A stretch of DNA of 64,000 nucleotides, taken from IMG/VR virus record IMGVR_UViG_3300042889_001503, positions 124,001-188,000 of that record. One strand, given 5' to 3'. Each line of letters starts with the position of its first letter. The stretch's first letter is position 1. Made by a program: the position numbers and the translations under genes. Below are positions 42,193 to 51,917 of the stretch, piece by piece. The notes under the pieces are model-generated. The model was not told the origin of the DNA. It saw only the letters and a list, made by a program, of their open reading frames with translations, and searched no databases.

Positions 42193-42802
42193 TTCACACG
42201 ACGAAATTAAACAATTATTAAATGTTTCTCGAAGATTATTGGGGGATAATAATGTAAATGAAGATATCCGTAGACAATATGGGTTATTGACAGAACAGGG
42301 TGTTGATTTGACAGATAATAATGTTACATCAAAAGTTAATGTGACTAAATCTGTTGAGGACAAAATTGATTATGATACCGCTGATACTGAAGAAGAACTT
42401 GAATCTGAGGATGATAAAAAGCAAGCGTATAGAATTTCCGGTGGATTATTGGTTTTACACGGAAAAGAACAAACAGATTTAGAGTTAACGACAGATGAGA
42501 AGATAGCGTTTCAAGAAACAATGGATGAGTTTGTTTCTAACGTTTCTGATATGGTTGATTTTAATAAATTAAACGTATATTCCAATAATGTTGAATGGTC
42601 CGGGAAACTTATTGAATTTGATATTGAATTTTTCTTTTCGATAGGTGAAGAAAATGGTGTTTACATCAATGGAGAAATGTTAAACGCTGATAATGAATTC
42701 ATCGCGTTAATTACTAAATTAAAAACTTATTACGAGAAATTCAAATCAAAATGGGCGGCTGTATTATCATCAAGAAAGAAAACAATTAAAACTGAAGAAT
42801 AA
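42185..42802 (+). CDS. Hypothetical acidic protein (possible internal head protein)
   Basis: N-terminal 'IRRQYGLLTEQ' leader-like motif. Confidence 0.6.
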   Translation: MNNSHDEIKQLLNVSRRLLGDNNVNEDIRRQYGLLTEQGVDLTDNNVTSKVNVTKSVEDKIDYDTADTEEELESEDDKKQAYRISGGLLVLHGKEQTDLELTTDEKIAFQETMDEFVSNVSDMVDFNKLNVYSNNVEWSGKLIEFDIEFFFSIGEENGVYINGEMLNADNEFIALITKLKTYYEKFKSKWAAVLSSRKKTIKTEE

Positions 42803-43173
42803 TGGAAGATATTAGTAAAAATAAAGATGGTATTATTTTATTGGTAATTATTGCCTGTTTGGTAGGGTGGAATATTTTCACAACCAATACAATAAAAACG
42901 GATGTTAAAGGTTATGGGAAAAAAATTGAAAATATCCAAACAAAAATTGATTCCTCACAAGTTGTTAATAAACAAATTAACACTAAAATTGGTGAGGTAA
43001 AAGAAAATGTAACAACTATCAGTAATGAAATCCATCACATTGATAAAAACATAACAGTAATTAAAAAACAAACAAATGAGAAAGTTAATAACGTTGATAA
43101 TATTCCTGACAGTGAGCTTGAGTTGTTTTTCACAAACAAATACGAACAACCAACCCCAAAATCAGGTAATTAG
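42802..43173 (+). CDS. Putative inner-membrane spanin-like protein
   Basis: N-terminal TM plus long coiled coil; overlapped by the next exported protein. Confidence 0.5.
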   Translation: MEDISKNKDGIILLVIIACLVGWNIFTTNTIKTDVKGYGKKIENIQTKIDSSQVVNKQINTKIGEVKENVTTISNEIHHIDKNITVIKKQTNEKVNNVDNIPDSELELFFTNKYEQPTPKSGN

Positions 43174-43516
43174 TGATACAACAAGAGTTAAGTTAAAACC
43201 ATCGACAGCTAGACTAGCGATAAAAGATATTGTTAGAGGTGAAGGTTGTGAATTAGAGTTAAAATTAACTCAAGAAAAAGTTATAAAGTTAGAATCTAGA
43301 GAATCTCAAAAGGATACTATCATTTCTTTATTAGAATCCAAAGATAAGAATAATCAATTTATTATTAGTCAACAAGGATTACAGGTTGATGAATTTAGAA
43401 ATATGACTAATGATTTGAAAAAAGAAATAAAACAAATGAGGGTTAAAACTTTTTTATACAAAGTGGGAACATTTGTTGGTATATTAACAACTTCGTATTT
43501 ATTAATTGTAAGATAA
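43076..43516 (+). CDS. Putative exported spanin-like protein (signal peptide, coiled coil, C-terminal TM)
   Basis: MRKLITLIIFLTVSLSCFSQ; C-terminal VGTFVGILTTSYLLIVR; 98-nt overlap with the upstream gene. Confidence 0.5.
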   Translation: MRKLITLIIFLTVSLSCFSQTNTNNQPQNQVISDTTRVKLKPSTARLAIKDIVRGEGCELELKLTQEKVIKLESRESQKDTIISLLESKDKNNQFIISQQGLQVDEFRNMTNDLKKEIKQMRVKTFLYKVGTFVGILTTSYLLIVR

Positions 43517-43517
43517 T

Positions 43518-43763
43518 ATGTCACTAACTACAACAGATAAAAAGGAGATTGAAACGTTAGTTCGTAAAGAAATTAAAGATTTCTTTGGGAGTAATACTAT
43601 GCAACAATATGAAAATAAACTAATAGATGTTATTTCCAAAGAACTTAAACGAGGTAAACTTGAGGGGGATGTTAAAGATATTACATTAAGAATGTTCCGT
43701 GAGTTCTACCAATTTATGTGGATGAATAGAAGTTATTGGGAACCAAGACTTAAAAACGCATAA
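43518..43763 (+). CDS. Hypothetical protein
   Basis: ORF in operon. Confidence 0.6.
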   Translation: MSLTTTDKKEIETLVRKEIKDFFGSNTMQQYENKLIDVISKELKRGKLEGDVKDITLRMFREFYQFMWMNRSYWEPRLKNA

Positions 43764-43766
43764 CAT

Positions 43767-44525
43767 ATGAGACTAAAAGAAAGTATTGGGACTGATTTGA
43801 AAAGCGCTATGTCAACTGAAATGGGAAAATTGTCTACAATTACTAGTGGTGGTATTGATGCGGCGGTTGCAGCTAACGAATTTAAAAATGAAATCCCGGA
43901 AAATAATAATAAAATAATTAAAAAACCAATGAAAAAGGTTGATATCGGCAAATTAGTGGGTAAGAGTAAACTTAAAACACCAACAGGTAAATTAACAATG
44001 GGACTACCAATAATGGGTGAAGATAGTGAAACATCTGAATCTACCGGTTCAGGTTCCGCAGGAGGGTTTGAGGCTCCATTATTCTCTGAAACTAAACAAG
44101 AGATGCAAGAAAAATGTTGGACAGGTTTTGAACAAAAGGGTATGAAAAAGAAAGGTACACGAATGGTCCCTAATTGTGTAAGAGAAGGTGACGAGGGTGA
44201 TATTAAAAAAGTTGAGGCTACTGAATCAACAGGTTCAGGTTCTTCCGGTTCTTATGAAACTACCGCCGCTTGGGCTAAATCTCAAAGTAAAAAAGATTGG
44301 AGAGGAAAGTCTAAGACACAAATACCCGGAGGAAAGTTTGTTCAAGTTAAAAAGAAATGTCAAAAATTTCCATATTGTAATCAAGGAGATATTAAAGCTC
44401 TAAAAATATTTGAAAATGAAAAGGTTAAGAAAGCTATTCAAAATATTAGTGAGAGACATAATATAAGTGAGAATGTTATTAAAACAATTATCGCTTATGA
44501 GTATGAAAATACCTTTTCAAAGTAA
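43767..44525 (+). CDS. Probable internal head/core-like protein
   Basis: MRLKES start; duplicated ESTGSGS(A/S)G; 'EKCWTGF..KKKGTRMVPNCV' module recalled from T4-like phage low-complexity proteins. Confidence 0.5.
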   Translation: MRLKESIGTDLKSAMSTEMGKLSTITSGGIDAAVAANEFKNEIPENNNKIIKKPMKKVDIGKLVGKSKLKTPTGKLTMGLPIMGEDSETSESTGSGSAGGFEAPLFSETKQEMQEKCWTGFEQKGMKKKGTRMVPNCVREGDEGDIKKVEATESTGSGSSGSYETTAAWAKSQSKKDWRGKSKTQIPGGKFVQVKKKCQKFPYCNQGDIKALKIFENEKVKKAIQNISERHNISENVIKTIIAYEYENTFSK

Positions 44526-44543
44526 TAAAGTTAAAAACTAATA

Positions 44544-44551
44544 TATTTATA
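44544..44551 (+). promoter_or_regulatory. TATTTATA motif
   Basis: 13 nt upstream of the ATG at 44565. Confidence 0.6.
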
Positions 44552-44564
44552 ATAAAAACTAAAA

Positions 44565-45881
44565 ATGAAAAAATTAAATACAACTTATTTAGATAATTTA
44601 GTGTCTAAAATTTTAAAAGAAACTTTAGAAGAAAAGGCGGACACTCTTGTTTCAAAGATTAAAGGTGACGTTTGCGAATGTGGGGGTCAAATGTATGAAG
44701 GTGAATGTAATGAATGTGGTGGTATGTATGAGGATATGAGTGAAGGAATTTACGATGTTGATAACACATTAGATGATGAGTTTGATTATGTTGGAGAAAG
44801 TGAAGACTTTGTTGGTGATGAAGAAAACACTGACGAAGATAGAGAAAAAACTTGTAGATACCATATTGAAAATTTTGGTAAAGAAGACCCTGTTACTAAA
44901 GAAATGTGTCAAGGTATTAATATTACCGAGGCATTAAAAGGTCGTCAAAGAAAATTGGATAAAAACAAAAACAATAAGATTGATGCTGAAGACTTTGAAA
45001 TGTTAAGAAATAAATCAAAAAATAGTAAAGCCATTAAAAGAATTAACAAAATTTCTACAACACACGGAATGGAAGAACAAGAAACGGAAGAAGGTAATGC
45101 TTTCTCAGGAGCGTTATCTAACGCTAAAAAAAGTGGTAAAGATTCTTTTGAAGTAGATGGTAAAAAATATCCGGTTAAAGAATCGTATAGATTGACTGAA
45201 AATGAAATGGTTGGGTTAATTGAGAAAATTGTGTTAGAACAAAAAAATAAAGAAGTTAAAGACCCTGCGGAAAAAAATAACATTAAAGGTTTTGGAGGTT
45301 CTCCAAGAGGATTAGAGGTTTATAAAAAAGCTCACAATGGTTCCGGAAAGGAAAATGATGATAACATTAAAGCGGTTACCAAAAAAATGAAAGATTATCT
45401 TAAAGATGGTTCTAAAGGTGATTATGAAATGAACCCTAAAATGTTTCCTAAAGGAAATGGTGAAATAGAAAAGATGAAGAAAAAGGCTTATACTATGTCA
45501 GATGCGGGTCAAGAATTTATTGATGATTTTATGAGTCCTGGTATGGAAAATTTAGACTATGACCAAATAGAACCGAATGAAGAACAAATAACTAATAACA
45601 TTGAAGGTTCTTCTAAAACAGGTAATAACTCTGAATGGGGTAATGCTGTTGAAACAGATGTTAACAAAAAGATTAATGCCAAACGTAAAGCTAATAAATT
45701 TGCTAAAGTAAGAAATATGGCTTATCAAAAATCTGCTCAACCTATTAAAGATGCGACAGGTGAGGATAGTGGTAAAGGTATTAACCTTAAATTGGAATCT
45801 ACTGAAAAGAAAACAAAACAAATCAACGAAGAGTTTGACAGAATGAAATCGTTAATTAGTTACGACCGAAAAACACAATAA
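44565..45881 (+). CDS. Probable scaffold/internal head protein (E/K-rich)
   Basis: Many [LIV]-x-E sites (ILKE, ITEA, VKES, LTEN, VLEQ, INEE); CECGG..ECNECG; EF-hand-like DKNKNNKIDAED. Confidence 0.55.
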   Translation: MKKLNTTYLDNLVSKILKETLEEKADTLVSKIKGDVCECGGQMYEGECNECGGMYEDMSEGIYDVDNTLDDEFDYVGESEDFVGDEENTDEDREKTCRYHIENFGKEDPVTKEMCQGINITEALKGRQRKLDKNKNNKIDAEDFEMLRNKSKNSKAIKRINKISTTHGMEEQETEEGNAFSGALSNAKKSGKDSFEVDGKKYPVKESYRLTENEMVGLIEKIVLEQKNKEVKDPAEKNNIKGFGGSPRGLEVYKKAHNGSGKENDDNIKAVTKKMKDYLKDGSKGDYEMNPKMFPKGNGEIEKMKKKAYTMSDAGQEFIDDFMSPGMENLDYDQIEPNEEQITNNIEGSSKTGNNSEWGNAVETDVNKKINAKRKANKFAKVRNMAYQKSAQPIKDATGEDSGKGINLKLESTEKKTKQINEEFDRMKSLISYDRKTQ

Positions 45882-45928
45882 TTTACAAACAAATATTTTA
45901 ACTTATAATTTCTCCATAGACGAACTCT

Positions 45929-46393
45929 ATGGAGAATTTTTTTAACTACATATCAAAACCTTTATTACCGGAAGACGTTGACGTTTGGTTCCGAGGTAAT
46001 AATATAATTTCTGAAAAATTGGAATTATATTCTGATTTCACGCATTCACTCAATAGTCTGATTTTAAATACTTATTTAGGTGAGAATGATGTTAACGAAA
46101 CTAAAATTGTTTTAAGTGAATCTGATGATAAAAATCACTTCGAGTGGTGTTGGAATAAAACCATAGATAATTTTGATAAAGAAAACATTAAATTTAATAA
46201 AAAAGGTGAACACTTTGATTATTTTGAATCTTTTTTTGGGGAGACATTTTACAATCAAAAAGACACTAAAGTAAAATCCTCAATAGGGTTCTTTTTTACG
46301 GACCTATTTAACAATGAAAAACTATTTACTAAATCAGATTTAGATATGATAACAACCATTTATAAATTGTTGGATAAGTATTTAAAACATTAA
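45929..46393 (+). CDS. Hypothetical protein
   Basis: ORF track. Confidence 0.65.
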   Translation: MENFFNYISKPLLPEDVDVWFRGNNIISEKLELYSDFTHSLNSLILNTYLGENDVNETKIVLSESDDKNHFEWCWNKTIDNFDKENIKFNKKGEHFDYFESFFGETFYNQKDTKVKSSIGFFFTDLFNNEKLFTKSDLDMITTIYKLLDKYLKH

Positions 46394-46472
46394 AAAGGGT
46401 GATAGTATTTACTATAGGGTAAAAAAAATTACTTTTACTATTATAAAAAATAAATAAATTAAAATTATTCAG

Positions 46473-46649
46473 ATGGAAACGTTAGAACAAATTAAGTCAT
46501 TGGTAGAAGAACTATCAGTAGACACAACAAAATTTTTCGGTGGTAATAATAGCGCCGGAACAAGAGCTAGAAAATCAGCACAAGATTTAAAAAAATTATT
46601 AGATGGTCTAAGAAAAGAGATTTTATCTGAAAGAAAAGGGGGAGAATAA
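46473..46649 (+). CDS. Histone H1-like (Hc1-family) small protein, 58 aa (not in ORF track)
   Basis: METLEQIKSLVEELSVDTTKFFGGNNSAGTRARKSAQDLKKLLDGLRKEILSERKGGE; GN.sAGTRARK is the family signature. Confidence 0.8.
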   Translation: METLEQIKSLVEELSVDTTKFFGGNNSAGTRARKSAQDLKKLLDGLRKEILSERKGGE

Positions 46650-46837
46650 TGACGGATATTAATACAATTTATTTATTTGTATTTATCTTTTCAACGTTAA
46701 CTGTTGTTAAGACAGTTGGTAGAATAATGAGTTCCCTATTTTCAAACCCACCAAAACCAATTGTATGGGGGAAATGGGAACTTATCTTTCTTGGATTGGC
46801 AATTACATATTGCTTAACATATATTATAAAAAATTAA
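46649..46837 (+). CDS. Small two-TM membrane protein
   Basis: Two hydrophobic segments; TAATG coupling. Confidence 0.6.
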   Translation: MTDINTIYLFVFIFSTLTVVKTVGRIMSSLFSNPPKPIVWGKWELIFLGLAITYCLTYIIKN

Positions 46838-46839
46838 TT

Positions 46840-47274
46840 ATGAGTTTATATAAAGAATTTTCATCTCTATTACCTTATTTACAGTCTGTTAGAAAATTAG
46901 AAAACTATTTAAGTTTTGACGTTAGTTTCCCAACATCTTGGAAGTTACCTAAAAAATATGTAGATGAAGAAAAGGTAATGGAACAAACTAGTAAAATTGA
47001 AGAACATCGATTTTTTTCATTTGTTTCGGAAATATCTGAAGAAAATGTGGGGATTATTTCTAGTAATTTAAAAAGTATTATACAATACAATCTTGAGTTA
47101 GAAGAAAAAGATAGGTTATTCCAAAATAAAGTTAACGAATTAAAGTCAATATTTGAGAGACAAAATTTAACAAATTTAAAAGATTTAAGTTTTGAGATGA
47201 GACCAAAGACAAAAAAAATAAAATTAGACGATGGGGAAGAAAGCGTTAAAGGAATTGGAGTTACTGAATCGTGA
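46840..47274 (+). CDS. Hypothetical protein
   Basis: ATG 46840 within the 46765 ORF. Confidence 0.6.
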   Translation: MSLYKEFSSLLPYLQSVRKLENYLSFDVSFPTSWKLPKKYVDEEKVMEQTSKIEEHRFFSFVSEISEENVGIISSNLKSIIQYNLELEEKDRLFQNKVNELKSIFERQNLTNLKDLSFEMRPKTKKIKLDDGEESVKGIGVTES

Positions 47275-47425
47275 TATAATTAAAAATGACCTTATCTTAA
47301 AACGAGATAAGGAAATTTTAATTGATAAAATTAAACAAATTCGTAAAGAAGATGTTGTACCAAAACAACCTGAACCACCTAAAAAATTAACATTATGGCA
47401 GAGAATAAAAGTATTGATGGGATAA
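47231..47425 (+). CDS. Small hypothetical protein
   Basis: C-terminal amphipathic LTLWQRIKVLMG. Confidence 0.55.
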   Translation: MGKKALKELELLNRDIIKNDLILKRDKEILIDKIKQIRKEDVVPKQPEPPKKLTLWQRIKVLMG

Positions 47426-47646
47426 TTGAAAAGTTGGCGCTTGTTGCAGATGGATTACAAACATTATTTCCGGATGGGACTATGGCGATTGCGATGGAAC
47501 TTAACTACGATGATTATAAGAAAGTTCAAAAAAACTTTAGAGATGTTGATAGAGATTTCAAACAATTTAAGATTGATATGTCCGGTGTTGAATTTATGTT
47601 TTTATTGAAGGATGGGTCGTTGTCTGACGCTGTAAGTAATTCTTAG
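47395..47646 (+). CDS. Small hypothetical protein
   Basis: Overlapping operon packing. Confidence 0.55.
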   Translation: MAENKSIDGIIEKLALVADGLQTLFPDGTMAIAMELNYDDYKKVQKNFRDVDRDFKQFKIDMSGVEFMFLLKDGSLSDAVSNS

Positions 47647-48238
47647 AAAACCCATTCTCAATTAATAAATTGTATAAGTATTTTCTTTGAGCGTTAGAAT
47701 AATCTTTAACAAACATAGTGTCATATCTTTTTTGTTCTATAAAGAATTCAGATATCACATCAATAAATCTACTTGAGTCGTAATCATTCTTCAATGTAAA
47801 TAAATTAAATTTATCGTCATTTTGAACAATAATTTTATTATTTAATTTTGATACTAATTTAAGTCCCGGTGGGTCCAAATATAATTTAATAAACTCTTTT
47901 GAGTTTATTTTTTTATTTAAAGTAGTGTCTAAAATATTTTCTTCAGTATGGTATGTGGTGATTTTTTTAATTGAAAAATCTTCATCATCTAAATTCACTT
48001 TTACATTTCTTCCTAACTCATCTTTTAAAAATACAGGTAGAAAAGTTCCCGATACCTTTTCGAGGATGGCAATTTCATAATTAAAAGAAAATCCATTTTC
48101 ATATTGTTTGTTAAACAATACGTTGTTACTATTATCCAATAAAGATTCGTAGAAGTTATTTGCTCTATTTGAGGTCTTAAACTTCTTGATTATTTTCTTT
48201 TTTACTTTATTTTTAAATAGAACAATTAAATAATTCAT
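47594..48238 (-). CDS. Hypothetical basic protein
   Basis: 214 aa ORF divergent from dnaJ. Confidence 0.6.
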   Translation of the reverse strand: MNYLIVLFKNKVKKKIIKKFKTSNRANNFYESLLDNSNNVLFNKQYENGFSFNYEIAILEKVSGTFLPVFLKDELGRNVKVNLDDEDFSIKKITTYHTEENILDTTLNKKINSKEFIKLYLDPPGLKLVSKLNNKIIVQNDDKFNLFTLKNDYDSSRFIDVISEFFIEQKRYDTMFVKDYSNAQRKYLYNLLIENGFSKNYLQRQTTTHPSIKT

Positions 48239-48276
48239 AATAAATAATTTAACTTTAAATATAGTAGAAGTAAAGA

Positions 48277-49197
48277 ATGGAAGATTTTTATCAAATATTA
48301 GGTGTTAACCAAAATGCCACACAGGACGAAATAAAGAAGGCTTATAGGAAGTTAGCTGTAGAACATCACCCGGATAAAGGTGGTGATGAAAATAAGTTTA
48401 AAAAGATTTCAGAGGCGTATGATACGATAGGCGACGAAAATAAACGAAGTCAATACGATAACCAAAAAAGAAACCCCTTTGCTAATATGGGTGGTGGTGG
48501 TGGAGGAGGATTTAATCCGTTTGAGGAGATGTTTAACCAAATGCACACTCAAAGAAAACGTGCTGTCCCGGATAAGATAATTGAGGTGGTTGTTAATGCT
48601 GTTGAATCTTTCTTGGGAGGTGAAAAAAACATTACATATGAGCGAAACCATAATTGTGGTGGGTGTAATGGAACAGGTGGTGAAAAAATAACTTGTTCTA
48701 CTTGTAATGGACAAGGAATGATTACTCAACAAATTGGAACCGGATTATTTACACAAATAATTAGAACACATTGTGGTAGTTGTAGTGGTAGAGGTTTTAC
48801 ATATAGAACAACTTGTGGTACTTGTCACGGAACCACAACAACATCCTCAAAGGAAACCATATCAATTAAATTACCACACGGAATTGATGAGGGTCAATTT
48901 TTAAGAGTTCAAGGTAAAGGAGATTTTAGAGATGGGATGTACGGTAATTTAGTAATTAAAGTTAACATTATCCCGGAAAATAATTTTGAAAAATCAATGG
49001 AGGATTTAATCTATAATGCTTATTTTGATTTAAATACTATTAAATTAGGTAGTGTTAAAGTTCCCCATCCTTTAGGGGACATTTCAATTAAACTACCACA
49101 GGAGTTTGACACGTCAAAACCATTACGAGTTAAAGGTAAAGGATATCACGGTAGAGGTGATTTATATATAAAACTATTTGTTAAGTTTAAAAGATAA
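48277..49197 (+). CDS. dnaJ: DnaJ chaperone (class A)
   Basis: J-domain HPD, G/F region, four CxxCxGxG-type motifs, C-terminal domain. Confidence 0.92.
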   Translation: MEDFYQILGVNQNATQDEIKKAYRKLAVEHHPDKGGDENKFKKISEAYDTIGDENKRSQYDNQKRNPFANMGGGGGGGFNPFEEMFNQMHTQRKRAVPDKIIEVVVNAVESFLGGEKNITYERNHNCGGCNGTGGEKITCSTCNGQGMITQQIGTGLFTQIIRTHCGSCSGRGFTYRTTCGTCHGTTTTSSKETISIKLPHGIDEGQFLRVQGKGDFRDGMYGNLVIKVNIIPENNFEKSMEDLIYNAYFDLNTIKLGSVKVPHPLGDISIKLPQEFDTSKPLRVKGKGYHGRGDLYIKLFVKFKR

Positions 49198-49218
49198 CCC
49201 CTATAAAGGGGTTTTTTT
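49196..49218. terminator. Intrinsic terminator between converging genes
   Basis: AACCCCT-ataa-AGGGGTT-TTTTT. Confidence 0.8.
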
Positions 49219-49432
49219 ATGGGATATATTGAAGTAATTCTTGGATTATTTTTATTGTTCCGTATATCGCGGAGAACAATATGTAAAATGATGCTGATAA
49301 CATAATCCACTGCCCTTTAGTTAAACCTCTTTGTTTACAGGTTTTACATTCCTCTTCAGGTTGTTCAGGTTGTTCAGGTGTAACATCTATGATGTCTCTT
49401 TCTTCAATAATTTGTCCTTCAACTGTTTCCAT
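49217..49432 (-). CDS. Small membrane protein with CxxC
   Basis: ECKTCK followed by a TM helix. Confidence 0.6.
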   Translation of the reverse strand: METVEGQIIEERDIIDVTPEQPEQPEEECKTCKQRGLTKGQWIMLSASFYILFSAIYGTIKIIQELLQYIP

Positions 49433-49531
49433 AGTAATAATATTAATTTAAAACAAATATAGTAAAAATTTTTTAAAAGAGAAACTTGCTTTTTCACTTT
49501 TTATTTCTTATACTTTAAAAAAAGAAAAATT

Positions 49532-50380
49532 ATGGCATTATCATACATCGGGGGTAAATCAAAGATAGGTAAATGGATTGTTCCGTTTATACCTCAAGAC
49601 ATTGAAACATACGTGGAACCATTTTCAGGTATGTTTTGGGTATTCTTTAATATGGACTTATCCAAATACCCAAATCTAAAAGAAGTTGTCTACAATGACT
49701 TCAATCCACTTAACTACAATTTATTTCAGTGTCTTCAGAATCCTGAGAGATTATTGGAAGTTGTTAACTCAATTCCTTGTCAACAAAGAAATGAGTTTCC
49801 GACACCGGACATCTATAAAGAACAATTTATCAGGTTTCAGGCTGAAATATTTGAAACCAATTTCAGCGTACAGGCTTACGATTATGTAGTTGCGGCTAAA
49901 TACGCTTATGTGTTGGCTCAGGTATTCTCGGGCTCTAAACCTGAAACAAGTTCGTTTATTGACTTGAAAGGGAAATACAAATCAAAGTATCTAACATTCA
50001 GAGATAAGTTATCTAAACCTGATTGGGTGGAACATTTCTTAAAAATTACTAAGGTTGAGAATATGGACTTTGAAGAGGTTATTCAAAAGTATGATAACCC
50101 ATCTACATATGTTTATGCTGACCCACCATATTGGAAAACAGAGAACTATTATAACAACCACGACTTTGATAGTGCTGACCACGAGAGACTTGCAGATTGT
50201 TTAAAAGGTATTCAAGGGAAGTTCTCTTTATCTTACTATGATTTTCCTCAGTTACATACTTGGTTCCCTCAGACTCAATATGTGTGGGAAAAGAAAGAAT
50301 TTGCTAAGGCGGCTGCGGCTAAGAAAGGTAAGACTCAAAATATGGGGGAAGAACTTCTTATTATGAATTACCGAAAATAG
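49532..50380 (+). CDS. DNA adenine methyltransferase, Dam/D12 class
   Basis: YIGGK, EPFSG, YND, YADPPY. Confidence 0.9.
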   Translation: MALSYIGGKSKIGKWIVPFIPQDIETYVEPFSGMFWVFFNMDLSKYPNLKEVVYNDFNPLNYNLFQCLQNPERLLEVVNSIPCQQRNEFPTPDIYKEQFIRFQAEIFETNFSVQAYDYVVAAKYAYVLAQVFSGSKPETSSFIDLKGKYKSKYLTFRDKLSKPDWVEHFLKITKVENMDFEEVIQKYDNPSTYVYADPPYWKTENYYNNHDFDSADHERLADCLKGIQGKFSLSYYDFPQLHTWFPQTQYVWEKKEFAKAAAAKKGKTQNMGEELLIMNYRK

Positions 50381-50411
50381 TTTGGATAATTAAAAATATG
50401 TCTTATCTTTG
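50381..50411 (+). promoter_or_regulatory. Bacteroidota-type sigma70 promoter
   Basis: TTTG-19 nt-TATCTTTG. Confidence 0.75.
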
Positions 50412-50462
50412 TCCCGTTGAATAAAGAAAATAACGTTTGTTAGATTATTTACAAAAAACAAA

Positions 50463-50470
50463 TATTTATA
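50463..50470 (+). promoter_or_regulatory. TATTTATA motif
   Basis: 14 nt upstream of the ATG at 50485. Confidence 0.6.
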
Positions 50471-50484
50471 ATAAAAACAATTAA

Positions 50485-51882
50485 ATGAAGATTATCCAAG
50501 TACTTTCAAATTTAATAACTGAAGACGCTCGTTTTCAGGTATTTTATAATAAATATATACTACCTAGTGGTGATAGAAAAAAAGGATTACTTCCTTTTGA
50601 AATTGTTAAGCAAATAGTTTTTGCTGACCCAACAACAAGAGTTCCGGTTAACTATGACAAAAATGGTGCGTCCGTTGAAGATATGTTAAGTAATCAAATT
50701 AAGGTTGGGAAATATAGTCAATGGATGTTAAATATGTTTATTAAACCACATTTAACTAATGACAATAATGATGTTATAGAAGTTAATACTGACGAATATA
50801 AATCAAAGGCAAATCAATATAGAAAACTTTTTTTAGAAGATTTACATTACTTTACTGAATTACTAACAAAATTTGAAAGATTCAAAGGTAGTTTAGTAGA
50901 TGCGTCTAAGAAAGATATTAATAATGTTAAATCTATTAACGAATTATCTCAATTACAAGTTGAGTATGGTGATACAACAGTTGATTTGGCTGTGTATCGT
51001 GGTAAAAAAGTTAAAAACGAAAAAGGTGCTGACGTTAAAACAAACTTTAATTTTCCCGGTGCGGAAATATTAAAGGTTGGTTCAGAATATACCTTGATTA
51101 GAATTTCTGATAAAGGTGACTTAGGTTCTAAGGCGGCTTCTTATTTTGGAGGTTACGAAGGAGGATTAGCAAGAGGTGAGTCTAATTGGTGTACGGCAGC
51201 AACAGGTTCTGACCACTCACATAGATATAGACAAAAAGGTCCATTATATATTATTATGGCTAATGACGATAAAGGTAAAGTAGGTGAGGTAACAGGATTA
51301 CCTACAGAAAGATATCAACTTCACTTTCCAGCACCGAGTCAATTTAAATCTCGTGACCAATATTCTGCTGAGGGTAATGTCCCAATTGTTGAATTTTTAA
51401 ATGGTAAATGGAGTGAATTTAAAGAAATATTGAAACCTGAATTTGCTAAAGGGTTTGTTACACCAAATAGTGAAAACGTTAACATTAGATATCCATCTGA
51501 TGAAACAGGTAGATTTGTTGCGTTATATGGGTTTGAAGAATTATTTGAGGCGTTACCGGACACGATTAAAAAATTAAATATTGTTAACACTTCAAATGAA
51601 AACATTAGTGTAGCACTTCCTAAGTCAATTGTTAGGTTTAAATCGTTAGTGGCGGTGATGTTTCAGAATATGATTAGTTCAATTCCTGATAACATCTGTG
51701 AGTTGAAGAACTTGACGTTATTGGCTTTCCCTGATAATAAAGAATTAAAATCAGTTCCGGATTGTATACTGTCATTAAAAAACTTTACATTTTTAAATGT
51801 AAACGGATGTCCTAATGTTCAAGTACCAAAAGAATTGGAAAAATATAATGAAGGTAATGGTTATTACCATATGGAAGAATAG
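50485..51882 (+). CDS. LRR-containing protein, paralogue 1
   Basis: LITED leader; WCTA motif; C-terminal LP..I..L..L LRRs. Confidence 0.75.
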   Translation: MKIIQVLSNLITEDARFQVFYNKYILPSGDRKKGLLPFEIVKQIVFADPTTRVPVNYDKNGASVEDMLSNQIKVGKYSQWMLNMFIKPHLTNDNNDVIEVNTDEYKSKANQYRKLFLEDLHYFTELLTKFERFKGSLVDASKKDINNVKSINELSQLQVEYGDTTVDLAVYRGKKVKNEKGADVKTNFNFPGAEILKVGSEYTLIRISDKGDLGSKAASYFGGYEGGLARGESNWCTAATGSDHSHRYRQKGPLYIIMANDDKGKVGEVTGLPTERYQLHFPAPSQFKSRDQYSAEGNVPIVEFLNGKWSEFKEILKPEFAKGFVTPNSENVNIRYPSDETGRFVALYGFEELFEALPDTIKKLNIVNTSNENISVALPKSIVRFKSLVAVMFQNMISSIPDNICELKNLTLLAFPDNKELKSVPDCILSLKNFTFLNVNGCPNVQVPKELEKYNEGNGYYHMEE

Positions 51883-51892
51883 ATAAAGAAAA

Positions 51893-51900
51893 TATTTATA
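51893..51900 (+). promoter_or_regulatory. TATTTATA motif
   Basis: 17 nt upstream of the ATG at 51918; leader region duplicated with the gene. Confidence 0.6.
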
Positions 51901-51917
51901 ACAAAAAAACAATTAAA

